In this document: piece after piece, positions 1-12,122 of the stretch
Numbering within the stretch: position 1 is the stretch's first letter
How the letters are laid out: each line of letters starts with the position of its first letter
Assembly (NCBI RefSeq): GCF_009914755.1
Contig: NC_060926.1
Direction: 5' to 3' (one strand)
From: the human T2T-CHM13v2.0 reference genome, Homo sapiens
DNA length: 64,000 bases
Made by a program: the position numbers and the translations under genes
Notes under the pieces: model-generated
What the model saw: only the letters and a program-made list of their open reading frames with translations
Told to the model about the DNA's origin: nothing
Database searches by the model: none

Positions 1-669
1 CTAATTACCTGCTGTGCCTCTAAGGGCTGATTTTTTGAGAGTTAAGAGTATCTTCCCAAATTTCTAAGACACATTAAACAAAAATTTGTATCCCTGAAAA
101 GAAAGGTGCAGCTCTTTCCTTTCCCTAAATACCTATTGAGCCATGTGGTTTAGCGTTTACTGGTTTTCTAATTATTTTGAGAATGTTAGTCCTATTTCTT
201 CCAATTAGAAATAAATTTTTTCTACGCTGTCTCTTCCCTTTTAACTTTTGATCAATGTGTTTCACTGTGTGCATGTTTTCCTGACACTTTTGAACATAAC
301 TGTAGGTAATACAGTGTGGACCATACTGTTAGAGGGGCATTCCCAGGGTTCCAGGAGGTAGACTAATAGTCAGCACAAGGTAAGTGAGATCTGATACGCG
401 AAAAGTCACCTTGAGAGATATGGCTCAAATTGAAAGCAACAAGATCAGATCTTGGCAATGACCAATCAGTGGTGTTAACATTTTCTAAGAAAGCATGTGT
501 TAACACTATGGGATCAGCAGCTTGGAAATCCAGAAAATGAGTGTGAGAGGCAACGTTTTCAGAGTTCTTGTTACTCACCTGGGAGGAGAGGCCCATTGAT
601 CAGTGAATGAAAGTGTATTAGATGCATCCCCAAGGAGCAGAGGGAGTGTATTGGGTAAAAATGGGGGTT

Positions 670-920
670 AAGTCTATGTTCAAATCCCAGTTCTACCACT
701 TACCAGTGACTTTAGACAAGTTACCTAACCCCTCTGGGCTTGTTTTCTTATCTGTAAGATGGGGGTGATGATAATAATACTGACATAATGGATAATAAAA
801 TAAGTTAATATGTAAAAATGTTTAGAACACTGCCTAATGCATAAAGAACACAGAGGTGAATCATGATCCTGCAAGAGGTACCTAATACATAGTAAGCATT
901 CAATAAGTGTTAACTACTTT
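670..920 (+). mobile_element. MIR SINE
   Basis: MIR core-like gttcaaatcccagttctaccacttaccagtgactttagacaagttacctaacc...ctgtaagatggg, ending catagtaagcattcaataagtgttaacta. Confidence 0.75.
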
Positions 921-3737
921 TTCTTGATGCCATTAAATGATAAATATCATTCTACTTTGATGACCTAGTCACAAAGTGACCCTCGGATTACCAAGTGCCT
1001 TCCCATGTAGATTTGCCTAATGAGACAGGATGTGCAATCTAAGAAAATGACTCTCCGGTCCAAGGAGGTGGTTTGAACTTTCATGGAAATTAATTTTCTG
1101 GTTTATAAATCATTTTGTTATGCGTTTGATTCGTAGCACTCTTCTGCGGAAAAAATAAGGACTGCTGTTTGGAACTGTAGTACTGAAAACCTGACTTTCA
1201 ATAAGGGTGAATCCATTAGGATATTATCCCTTTGCAGGCTTCTGCCCAGGTGACAAGAAGGACTATAGCAAGTCACAATCATATTCTCGAGTCAATTACT
1301 CATGAAATGAAACATACTAAGCTTGCATGAGAAAGTTCTAACAGAGACAAAAGGAGGTTACTTGATTTCTGAGTGTAGGTACCCTGAAGACTAAGACTTG
1401 CAGACCAGTAAAAGTCCCAGATTGTACAATAGTAGCTTTGAACCTCAGAATCAGAGTAACTCCGAGAATGACATGCAGCCATAGTGCCTTCCCATTAGCA
1501 TTAGTTACTGCTCAAGGAATTGCTTATTCCAGCAATGATATTGTATCCCCAAAAACATACAGTGCTTTTTGTTCTATTACTACTATTTAAATAATTTATT
1601 TTATTGTACCATCCATTATATTCACTGAATGGCTGTAGTTTGACAAGCATGGAGGTACAAATTTCTACCAAGCACCCCATGGATTGCAGAGGGTCTTAGG
1701 AAAAGGTCACTGAGTCTGCTGAAAACTTGCTGGAACAGTGAGGCAGGCCTTGTCTGAGACTGTGCTGGAAATCCCCACTGGGCAGATACCTTTCCTATGG
1801 CCTTATTAATTTAAAATTTAATAATTTTTCAGCATTTATTGCTTTGACAAGAAGTTCCCATTAGCCAAGAGAAAAACAGTAAAGATCTTTCCTCTAGTTT
1901 TAAATTAAATACTTTTTTATAGAATGCTATTGTTTGAAACCAAATGCCAGGACAATGATGCCATAGCTGGATTCAAGCTGCTGGCTGAATTCCAGGGAAA
2001 GTGCTGTATGGCAACCCTACTCATCAATCCCAGAGACTAAACCCACTTCCAAACAATAAAAATCAGCTCAAGGTGCTGAGGGTTCTGTCATGATCAAAAG
2101 AGCCTGTGTGCTGGCTCATCACATGGACAGCAACACCTGGCATTCTTCCAAACCATTGGAGTCAGCTAATGGGTCCCCTACTGAGTCTTTTCCCCCTCTT
2201 GGTGAAGCATCCATAATTCATTCATCATTCCTCTTAAGAAATTGTTTTGGGCCCACCATCATTTTGCTAGGATTTGCCTAGAAGACCCTCAAAGAGGTCC
2301 AGGTCCTTTTAGAGGTATATTTTTGGTTGGTTTTAATCCCCAAATATGGCAGATAACCTACCTACATATCTCAACATTTAAGCTCTCCTGGGCCTAGTCA
2401 GGAGAATATACGGGCTGCTACAGATTCTCAACCTAAGACTGGACCCCCAAATCCAGAATATATGGTACCCCGACTTTAGAGACCACAGGGAGAGGGCTTC
2501 ATACTCACCCATTGAAGTTGTCAGGTAACTACCTTTCTGTCTCTGCCCTACGAAGTCCTCAAAAAGGGTCATGTGCTTATGTGACCCAGCTTTGACAAAG
2601 CAGTCAAATTTCTCCATGAACTTGTCATTCTTGGAATACAGCAAAGTCTTGTGAATACTTTTTTGAAAGCTGTCAAAATACAAGAGTTAAACTTAGAGAG
2701 TAATAAAAATAAGAAAGAATAATAAAACTGCCAACTCCACTTTTCTCTCCAAGCTGTATTTAGGTAAAATTCTATGTGTTCTCTTATGGAAAGAGAAGAC
2801 TGTCAGATTTAAGGGCCCAAGCAAACAAGAAACAGGGCATGTTAATTGAAAGAATTATTGTAATTGAAGTTTGAGTGCAAAATTACACCCTTCATAATTT
2901 TACACTTAAGTGCATTTCTGTCCATGCTTGGAAAGACAGAATTTTCCTCATGTCTGACACATCAAATACCAATAACCCTGCCATGCAGTAACACAGAAGA
3001 AGGTTGAATAAGTTTGAAAGCTTTTTTATTGTAGTGAATGTGAGAACGTGAAAAATGCATTGTCACTCAATTATGTGGGCTTCTAGGTGTGGGATAATTG
3101 ATCAGCACTCCTGAAAGCGTGACTAGAGACAACAAAATATATAAAAAGAAATGTTTTAATTCTAAAAAAGTTAAATATCTCTGTTTCAGGGTTAAAGTAT
3201 TATGATCTAAAATATTACCTTATGAAATAAACATCAGCCAAGTGGATCCAGGAACAACTTGATGAAAGTCACTATACTGTATGCATTTCTGACACAAACA
3301 CAATATAGAGTGTTAGAGAAAAAGTAAGACATTGATGCTTACCTCTTTTTAAAAAAGTCATTAGTAGATACAGTCTAGACAAAAAGTTCTTTGAGGACTA
3401 ATTCATGCAATAAAGGACAGAACTCAAAAAAGAGCAAAGTAAGAAAGGGAGTCCCAGGATTCTTCTCTACTGATGTATCCCTAGTATCCCTATTATATCA
3501 AGTATTGTATAGTTGACATTTCAGTTGGTCCAAATTATTTCTCCATAACAGTGAACAGATTTTCTGAACCATCTCTAGGCTTTCACTCAGCTTCTCCTAT
3601 GACAAATGGCTCCTTGCAATTAGAGATGCCAAGATAGTATGGTTATCAGAATGTAACAAAGATATGCAGTTTCTCTGTGTCAAGCTAAATAGTCTGGAAG
3701 TTAGTGTTCTTCAAACTAGAGTTCCAGGATAGCTACA

Positions 3738-4104
3738 TGTATTAGTCCATTTTCACACAGCTATAAAGAACTGCCAGAGACTGGGTAATTTATAAAGAAA
3801 ACAGGTTTAATTGACTCACAGATTGACATGACTGGGGAGGCCTCAGGAAACTTACAATCATGGTGGAAGGTGAAAGGGGAAGCAAGGACTTTCTTCACAT
3901 GGCAGCAGGAAAGAGAGAGCTCGCAAGGGCAGAGAAAACTGTCCTTATAAAACTATCAGATCTTGTGAGAACTCACCATCATGAGAAAAGCATGGGGGAA
4001 ACTGCCCCCTTAATCCAATCGCTTCCCACCAGGTCTCTCCCTAAACACCTGGGGATTACAATTCAGAAGAGATTTGGGTGGGGCCACAAAGCATAACCAT
4101 ATGA
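3738..4104 (-). mobile_element. THE1 (ERVL-MaLR) solo LTR with 5-bp TSD CTACA
   Basis: tgtattagtccattttcacac...gactgggtaatttataaagaaa...aaccatatga; CTACA at 3733-3737 and 4105-4109. Appears to be inserted into an old MER5-like element. Confidence 0.9.
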
Positions 4105-4289
4105 CTACATCAGGATTCCTAAGGCCTATCAAAGACCTAGTAAATCAAAATCTTCAGTCTGAGAACTAGGTCTAGGCCTTCTCAAGAAGCCCTCCATGTG
4201 ATTGTTCTGTACGTGAATCTTAAATAAATTAACCCTTAAAGAAATTGCACCTGGGACTTGTATTCAGCTCGCCTTATGTAAATCAAATC

Positions 4290-4462
4290 AGCAGTTCACA
4301 TTTCTAGCTGCACAATAGAATCTCTTGGGAAGGTTTAAAGCCACAGCAACCACATCTGATTTTTATTCCCAGAGTTGAGTTTGGTTGATCTAAAGTAAGG
4401 CCCAGACAGCAGTAATTTTTTAAAGTTCTACATGTTATTCTGATCTGTAACTAGGATTGAAT
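4290..4462. mobile_element. MER5-like hAT-Charlie DNA transposon relic
   Basis: ctagctgcacaatagaatctcttgggaag...aggcccagacagcagtaattttttaaagttctacatgttattctgat resembles MER5B. Confidence 0.55.
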
Positions 4463-4465
4463 GGC

Positions 4466-4945
4466 CATAGCATTATTCACAATTACCAAAAGGTGGAAAC
4501 AACCCAAGTGTCCATCAACAGATGAATGGATAAACAAAATGTGGTATATCCATACCACAGAATATTATTCAGCCATAAACGGGAATGCAGTGCTGATATA
4601 TGCTACAATATGGATGAAACCTTAAAACATTATGCTAAGTAAAATAAGCCAGACAGAAAAGGACATATTTGTGTGGTTTTATTTATATGCAGTATCAATA
4701 ACAGGCAAATAAATAGAGACAGAAAGTAGAATACAGGTTACCAGGGGAGGAGAAATGTGGACTTAACTCTGAATGATTACAGAGTTTCTGTGTGAGGTGA
4801 TGAAAAAGTTTTGGAAGTAGATAGTGGTGACAGTTATATAACATTGTACTTATTGCCACTGAATTGTACACATAAAAATGGTTATAGTTGCAAATTTCAT
4901 TTTTTATATATTTTACCACAATGATAATATATATAGATATTTTTT
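4466..4945 (+). mobile_element. L1M (L1MB-like) 3' end
   Basis: catagcattattcacaattaccaaaaggtggaaacaacccaagtgtccatcaacagatgaatggataaacaaaatgtggtatatcc...ttttaccacaat. Confidence 0.85.
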
Positions 4946-5159
4946 GAAAGGCAAGTATATAATTTGGCCACCCAATCTCATCTCTTACCACCACCCCACA
5001 TCTTTTGCTCGTCATAACTTCAAACTGAATGACAGGCGAATACCCTAAATATGCCATTTGGATCCACACATCCATGTTTTTTCCACATGCTGTTCTTCCT
5101 TTCTGCAAAGCAATCTCCCTTGCCAAGGTGTCCTGGCAAGTCCCAGCTCATCCTTTAAA

Positions 5160-5512
5160 GCAGTGGAGTCAATCCTGGCTCACATGAGAATCACCTGGGA
5201 GCCTGTTAGAACTAAGACTCCCTGGGCCCCTCCCTAGACCAGTGAAAACAAACGATTTCAGAAGTGGTAGCTGAGCATCAGTAACATTTAAAAAATATTT
5301 CCCATGTGATACTAACATGCTGGTGTGGTTAAGAACCACTTCTTTACTTGCTACTCAATGTGTGGTCAGCTGACCAGCAATCTTGACATCATCTTGGAAC
5401 TTCTTATAAACTCAGAATCTCAGGACGTACCCTAGGCTACAGACTCAAAATTAACAGTGTAACAGGATTCGTAGGTAATTTGTATGCCCATAAAAGTTTT
5501 AAAAACACTCTT
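5160..5512. mobile_element. Two adjacent MER5 (B-like then A-like) DNA transposon relics
   Basis: agaatcacctgggagcctgtt...ggttaagaaccact, followed by gctactcaatgtgtggtc...cagaatctcagg...aaaagtttt. Confidence 0.6.
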
Positions 5513-7089
5513 AAGACTCATCCCAGGGTTTAAAGAAGCCTTCTCCAAGCCACTGTAGCCAGTTAACCACTTGTGCCTAGAACACAACTCTATTTGTGAA
5601 CTTCTCTCCTTGTGCTGGGATTCTGAGATCTTAAGGTTAGGGACAATATTTTATCTTTATATCTCTAGTACCTAGCAGGACATCTAGCTTCCATAAACAA
5701 TTACTTGAATTATATTAAATTTGAAAAGGCAACAGTTCATCATATAATTAACATTGCAAAGACAATAACACTCTAAAGCAAAAAATAAAGCATGACAGTA
5801 ATAAAATAATTGTTGCTTAGTAAAGCAACAATTACATGCCAAGATCTTCAAGCATGACATGTCCAGCCCTACAACATCCCCACTGGATAAACAATATCAT
5901 CTTTGTTTTATAGATGGAATAATTAAGCTCAGGGAAGGGAAGGAAGCTAGTCACACACTGGTGCATAGTGGGACTGGGATTGGCTCTATCTCTGTCTTGT
6001 TTCAGAGCCAGTTTTGCTGAGCTGCTTATATCAGTTAATTCAGAACATCTTGATTGGATCTTTACTCTCATCTCCATTCTTCTCTTCACTGGTCCCTCAC
6101 TATCTTTTCCCCTCCACCAGTGACAATGACCTTCTCACTTTGCCCGCAATCACTCTTTTTTCCTTCTCTTTTTCTCTCAGTCTCTACTTTCCTCCCCTCA
6201 ATGATTTGCCTTGTCCCTCAAAAGGAACTGAATTTTAGACTCTTGTTTTAATTACCAAATGTATTTCCCCTTCTAAAATTTAATATCAGGTCAATTACAT
6301 TCCTCAGTAGGCATTTAAGATTTCTGATCATTTCTCTTCCAATAGGACTTGAAGTAAGTTATAGATTAAGATCTAATGTGAAGGTAATTTTAATTGAAAT
6401 AAGAAATTTTCTTTGTTTTATGCAAAGATAGCAATTATAAATCTCAAGTTTCTTTTTGTTGGGAAGTAGAACTCTAAGGATAACCCTTCTTTGCCCTTCT
6501 ACAAATAGAGAACCCTGCTCCATCTCTTTTATCTCTTATGTGTCGAATACCAGAATGGATAAAAACATTAATTTAAGGAAACAAATGTTTAAATATTTAT
6601 CTGGATGTCATGTATAAATATCCACCCTCATTGAAAACAATAACAAATTATGCAATCCAGTTTACAAATATATATTTTTCTTTCCAAAGTTTTTTTTTTT
6701 TCCTAAATAGAACATTTCAAAAACTTCCTAAGAAAAACAATGGTAACATTAACCTAAGCAAAATGTCAAGACTGGAAAAAAAAAACAAATTTAATATAGA
6801 ACAATAATTTCTTTGCTGGAATAGAATTTGAACAGAAAAGAAATAGCACTGTGATACATAGCCCAGTGTACCCAAATGAAGATTACCATGATATTTTGCG
6901 ATAGCATTGTTGGGCCAAATGAAATAAAATTCCTGCAGGACTAAGCCTCCACAAGGTCAAAATAACAAAGCAACTATTATAATTCAACCCCAAACAGTAA
7001 TACATATGATATATACTATATCCTCTTGGGGTGTCTTCTCACACTTCTTGTTGAGAGCTGTACCCACTTTGAAGAGTTGACCCTCACTG

Positions 7090-7245
7090 TAGGATGACCA
7101 ACTTGCCTGGTTTGCCCAGAACGTACCCAGTCTTAGCTCTTACCTCTACCAAATCTATCAAAATCCTAATGTAATTTATGAAAATCCTAATCAAATCTGT
7201 AAAATCCCTCAGTCTGACACAAACTGTGATGGTTGGTCATTCCAC
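7090..7245. mobile_element. hAT-Blackjack MITE (MER81/MER94-like)
   Basis: Imperfect terminal inverted repeats taggatgaccaacttgcctggtttg ... caaactgtgatggttggtcattcca. Confidence 0.55.
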
Positions 7246-9199
7246 CTGGCAGTCATGTTTGTATCTGACCACACCTACTCTCTCTAGATGCGCATTCAGG
7301 GTGCCAGTCAGACTCACGCTGAGTCAATAATGTGCTCTCTCCTGCTTATCCTTCCTTTTCTTTGTTGGGGTTGACTTAAGGGCTAGGGCAGCCAGGGCAC
7401 TGCACACAGTAGAGCAGGCTGTGCCCTGTGTCAGGACATCACACCTAAGGGGGCACCATTCAGGTTGTAGTTGTTAGAATTCTGAATGTTCATTTTGACG
7501 TTGTTCCAGCAGTGAAGAGTCTTGTTACTACAAAATCAATATATTATGACAATTTTCTGACGGATGGAATCAAAGTGTATTGAGAAGGAAACCTATTTCT
7601 AATTGATGTGTGAGTGCCATATGGGCTGGTGGCAGCCCTGAAGACAACCTGTTTGGTGACATGCATTAGGGGAATCTGAGAAAACCACTTTGCAGAGAGA
7701 AGGGAGGGTGAAGAAGCCATGCAGCATAAGCAAAGCCCATGTGTCTAAAGGCTGGGGGCGTCCACCTCAGCTCCTCATCCAGTCTTCCACTCCTGAGGCC
7801 TGACTGCTTGCTTCCCCAATGCTCAGAGACCTTATCACAAAATCCTCCTTTATGTTTAAATCACGTAGAGTGGATTCTATAGCTCAGAATCAACAAAGCC
7901 AATTCTGTAACTTATATCCAAAAGTTAAAGGCAGGAAAATAAAACAGGCATATCTGACAAAATTGTTCATTTTATTTAGCTTTTCCTAAAATGACCAGCA
8001 ATTCCAACAAAAAGTTAATCTTATTAGCACCTTAACCCAGGTAGACGTAGCCTATGCAAAAATATTTATTAGAGAAACTATAGTTGGGAAGAACATTTTG
8101 AGTATATGTTGCCAATTACATTCAGTGAAGGATAATAAAAATATCTGGGAATGCAGTATTAATAGTAAAGCACCCTTTGGATCTCTGTAAATAAACATTA
8201 TTAAATCTTAGTAGTCTAACAAATTCTATGTAAGAACTTGGCCTGGTGGGTAAGAATGTTGTTGCTGGCATGGAGATTAAAAATGAGCATCAAATTTGTT
8301 TATCTCTCTCTGAGTGATGGGCATATAATGCCATACTTGAGATAGTGAAATAAAGGAAGTCTTCAATTACACTTTTGATAAGAAACTGCAGAACACCCAT
8401 ACACTTCAAATTCCTTTTTTAATTATAAGTCTGGATAGTTTCCAAAGCATATTGTTTGGGCTCAATCATATGTAATATCAAGAACCCATCATGTGAAATG
8501 TAATTCAATTGTGGGATTGCAAAATTTCTGTGTTTTAATATCTCTAATCTAATACCGTATATTTCTAGAGGACTTTTCTTTAAAAGCAAGTTTAGAAAAT
8601 TGTCCTGTTGATCTGCACCTGTGAGATAGGTGCAGCACCAATGTTGCACATAGGAAAAAAGAAAAAAAGAAATCTTTCTAATGTATTCCAAAGAAAGCCA
8701 CTTCTTCAAACCTTTACTTACCAATATTACGAAGTCTGTGGCAAAATAAAATGAGCTCTGCGTCTCCTGGCATAATTGGAAAGCTTATTTTTAAATGCCA
8801 TGTGTTGCTATCATTCATGCTGTGTTTTTAATGATTATCGCACATGCAAGCAAAATGTTATATTAGTTTTATATTCATGTAATTCCTGATTATCACAAAC
8901 ACATGCAATGAGAGACAGGAATAATATTATGGTGTTGAAGATGCAAAGAATCTCAAAAAGTTCTCTAATCTAGCATCTCATCTTTATACACAAATGAGCT
9001 TAAGTCATTCAAGACATATACGGCAGCATTTCCTTTTCCATTTAATGAGTGTTTCATAGAGGTCCACAAGATGGCCTATACTACAGAGGATAAAAGTTCA
9101 AGATCCCAACTCTGCACCATCCATAAGCAATATTGTTGCAAAGAGCTATAAAATAAACAGATAGCAAATAATATATTATTGTTGTGCATTTCTTAGAGT

Positions 9200-9382
9200 G
9201 GCAGTTCTTAAACTTTATCATGCTGCAAAATCCACTAGCATCTTGCTAAAGCACGGATTACTGGGCCCCATCTTGTTTCAGATCCATTAGGGCTGGAGTG
9301 AGACCCAAGAATTTGCATTTTTAATAAGTTCCCAGGTGATGCTGACACTGCTGGTTTCTGGACCACGTTTGGAGAACCAGTG
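9200..9382. mobile_element. MER5A DNA transposon
   Basis: gcagttcttaaacttt...ccaagaatttgcatttttaataagttcccaggtgatgctgacactgctggt...gaccacgtttggagaaccagtg. Confidence 0.8.
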
Positions 9383-9389
9383 AAGTAAA

Positions 9390-9630
9390 TTATAGGGCTT
9401 AAAAATGTAGGCTCTGGAGTTCAAATGCAGGGTTTGAGTCTGGCTTTGCTCTTTGATGTCTGGATAATCTTGAACAAGCTACTTATCCTCATTGCCTCAG
9501 TTTATTCACCTGTAAAATAGAAACAATAACAGTGCTTACCTCAAGTGTTATTCTGGGAATTAAATGAGATAATGCTTGTAAAGCAATAGTGCAGTGTCTG
9601 ACACATAGTAAACAATGTTCATTATTAATG
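9390..9630 (+). mobile_element. MIR SINE, near full length
   Basis: ggctctggagttcaaatgcagggtttgag...gcctcagtttattcacctgtaaaatag...attaaatgagataatg...cagtgtctgacacatagtaa. Confidence 0.85.
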
Positions 9631-9695
9631 TTATTTCATATTGGTAGTTCCCAAATGCCAGTTGCCAGACTAGTACTGTGTGTGAAGAAATTTAA

Positions 9696-10074
<379 letters not shown>

Positions 10075-10119
10075 TGAGATAACATTCTTTCTAATTTTTA
10101 GTGTTGAAATATATTTATG

Positions 10120-10417
10120 GCAGGCCTTTCATATGGGAGGGTTCCACTGTGGATTCAACCAATCTCAGATGAAAAATATTTTTTAAAAAAGTAAAAATAA
10201 TAAAATGATAATACAAATAAAGAAACAATGCAGTATAACCACTATTGTCGTAGCATTTACATTTTAGTAGGTATTATAAATTATCCAGCATTGATTTAAA
10301 GTACATGGGAGGATGTACATTGCTTATATGCAAATACTACTATGCCATTTTATATAAGGGACTTGGGCATCCATGGATTTGGTCATCCTCAGGGTCCTGG
10401 ATACTAAGGGACAACTG
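10120..10417 (-). mobile_element. MER2-like TcMar-Tigger DNA transposon
   Basis: gtggattcaaccaa...gtacatgggaggatgtac...atactaagggacaactg(ta); reverse complement of the element at 60378-60712. Confidence 0.7.
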
Positions 10418-11444
10418 TACTTCTATGAAAATCATGGTAATAGGGATTGGCATTTATTTGAATGATGAAACCCTTGGCAATACCGTAATTGTGATCTTCC
10501 CTCATTAGAATTTGGGGTTGAAATTTAAAAAATGAAGAGGGTTAGGATTGGGTGCTTCTCAAGAGGACCATCGTGACTGTGTCATCCAGATTGTAGTACT
10601 AGGAGACCCTGAAGTCTCAGGAAGCACCTGTAAGGGTGATACTCAATTGTGACAAGAATAGGAGCTGTGGCTGGGAGTAAAGAGCGCTGCATGCAAGAAT
10701 GGAGAGCACAAAACAGTGCCAGCTCCGTTCAACTCACTGGAGATAGCGGAACAAGAAGTTGTGGGGTGCCTGGGTGGTCCCCCTGCATCTGTCCCTCACC
10801 AGTCAGCTTACAGTACAGCCCAATCACCCATGTTGTCATAGTGACTTTAAGGCAAACCTACCTTGGGACCTAACCCGAGAAGTCAGGGACCCCTATCCTG
10901 ACCCCTTGACTGATGGTTTTGCAGGATGTAAAACTCAAAACTCACTCTATTCTGCCAGAGTGGGAAGGCAGCTGATCTCCCAGGCTCAGGGGATGAGCCT
11001 GGTATGCCATTCAAATGCCTCCGTTCTTGCTACACTGGCCACGCCCATCATCAGGTAAAACACAAATCAAGCCGTATGAGTCTCACAAAGATAAAATAGA
11101 ATATTCTGTGCATGTTTTGTCTTAATTGTTCTGGCCCTAATTAACCCCTTTCTCATTCTATTAAAGATGAAAGAGCAATTCTAAGCAAAGATTTTGAAGA
11201 AATATTTTGCTAAGGGCCATTCTCACCTATTTAGGGGGCAGTCAGGCATGGGAAAATTAAGAAGATGGTGGGATTCAAGAGAGGGGGAAGAGGGAGAAAT
11301 ATCTTTGGGACTCACTAATAGGTAAACGCCAACTGTTTTGATGTCTCAGTACTCTCATTTTGAGCATAAAAATGGCAATCCCAATCGGCCACAGTGAAAG
11401 GACCTGCTGCAAGGTAGACAAAGCCCTTAATCATTGAAAGGCAT

Positions 11445-12122
11445 TGTCTTAGTTTGGATTTCTCCAAAAGCTGGCCCTGAGTCAGGATTGAGGTGCAAGC
11501 AGTTTATTTGAGAGTTGACGCCAGGAAGCACAGTGAGAAAAGAGAGAAGTGAGACAAGAAATGCCAGTAAAAGTGGGTTATTGCAATGGACAACTGGGGC
11601 CTAGTCCTGCTGGGAACTCACTGAGGAACTGTGTGGAACATACCTCAGACCTGTCCCCTCACAGTTTCTGGGTTTATATCTACCCCAGCAGCCGTGAGCC
11701 TGCACCTTGCAGACCAACTATTCCAGCAGGCGAATTGGCTGAGAGCCCAGCAGCCATGCTCTGAAATCCGTCGACAGATTTGGGCTGAACCTCATCTCTC
11801 AGGGCTACTCCTTGCCAGTGACCAAGGTGGTGGAGATACTAGGGTGGGCCTGTACCTGGGGGACATGGGACTCCTTCATTGGTGACTTCAGCTCAAGGAC
11901 TTGCTAACAGCTTTGCTGACAGTTTATTCTGTACCACAGTGTAGGATGCATCCACCCAAACTTCTCTTTTTCTACTTCCCTGGGGGTTGGACCTGCGTCA
12001 TGGTCTGGTAGCTCTCCCAGCCTTCCTGACCCCTTCTCTATTTTCTTTTACACAGCATTTCTCCTGTGTGTCCATTTAATCTCCTCTTGGTGTCTGCTTC
12101 ACAGAGGACCCAGACTAACACA
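11445..12122. mobile_element. Old ERVL-class LTR fragments
   Basis: tgtcttagtttggatttctccaaaagctggccctgag...agtttatttgagag start; gtctgcttcacagaggacccagactaaca LTR-like end at ~12120. Probably two elements. Confidence 0.55.

Noticed and set aside
377-581. Consensus splice donors AAG|GTAAGT (+, ~380) and CAG|GTGAGT (-, ~578)
   Set aside because: Isolated perfect donors are expected by chance in 64 kb; no paired acceptor or coding exon could be supported.
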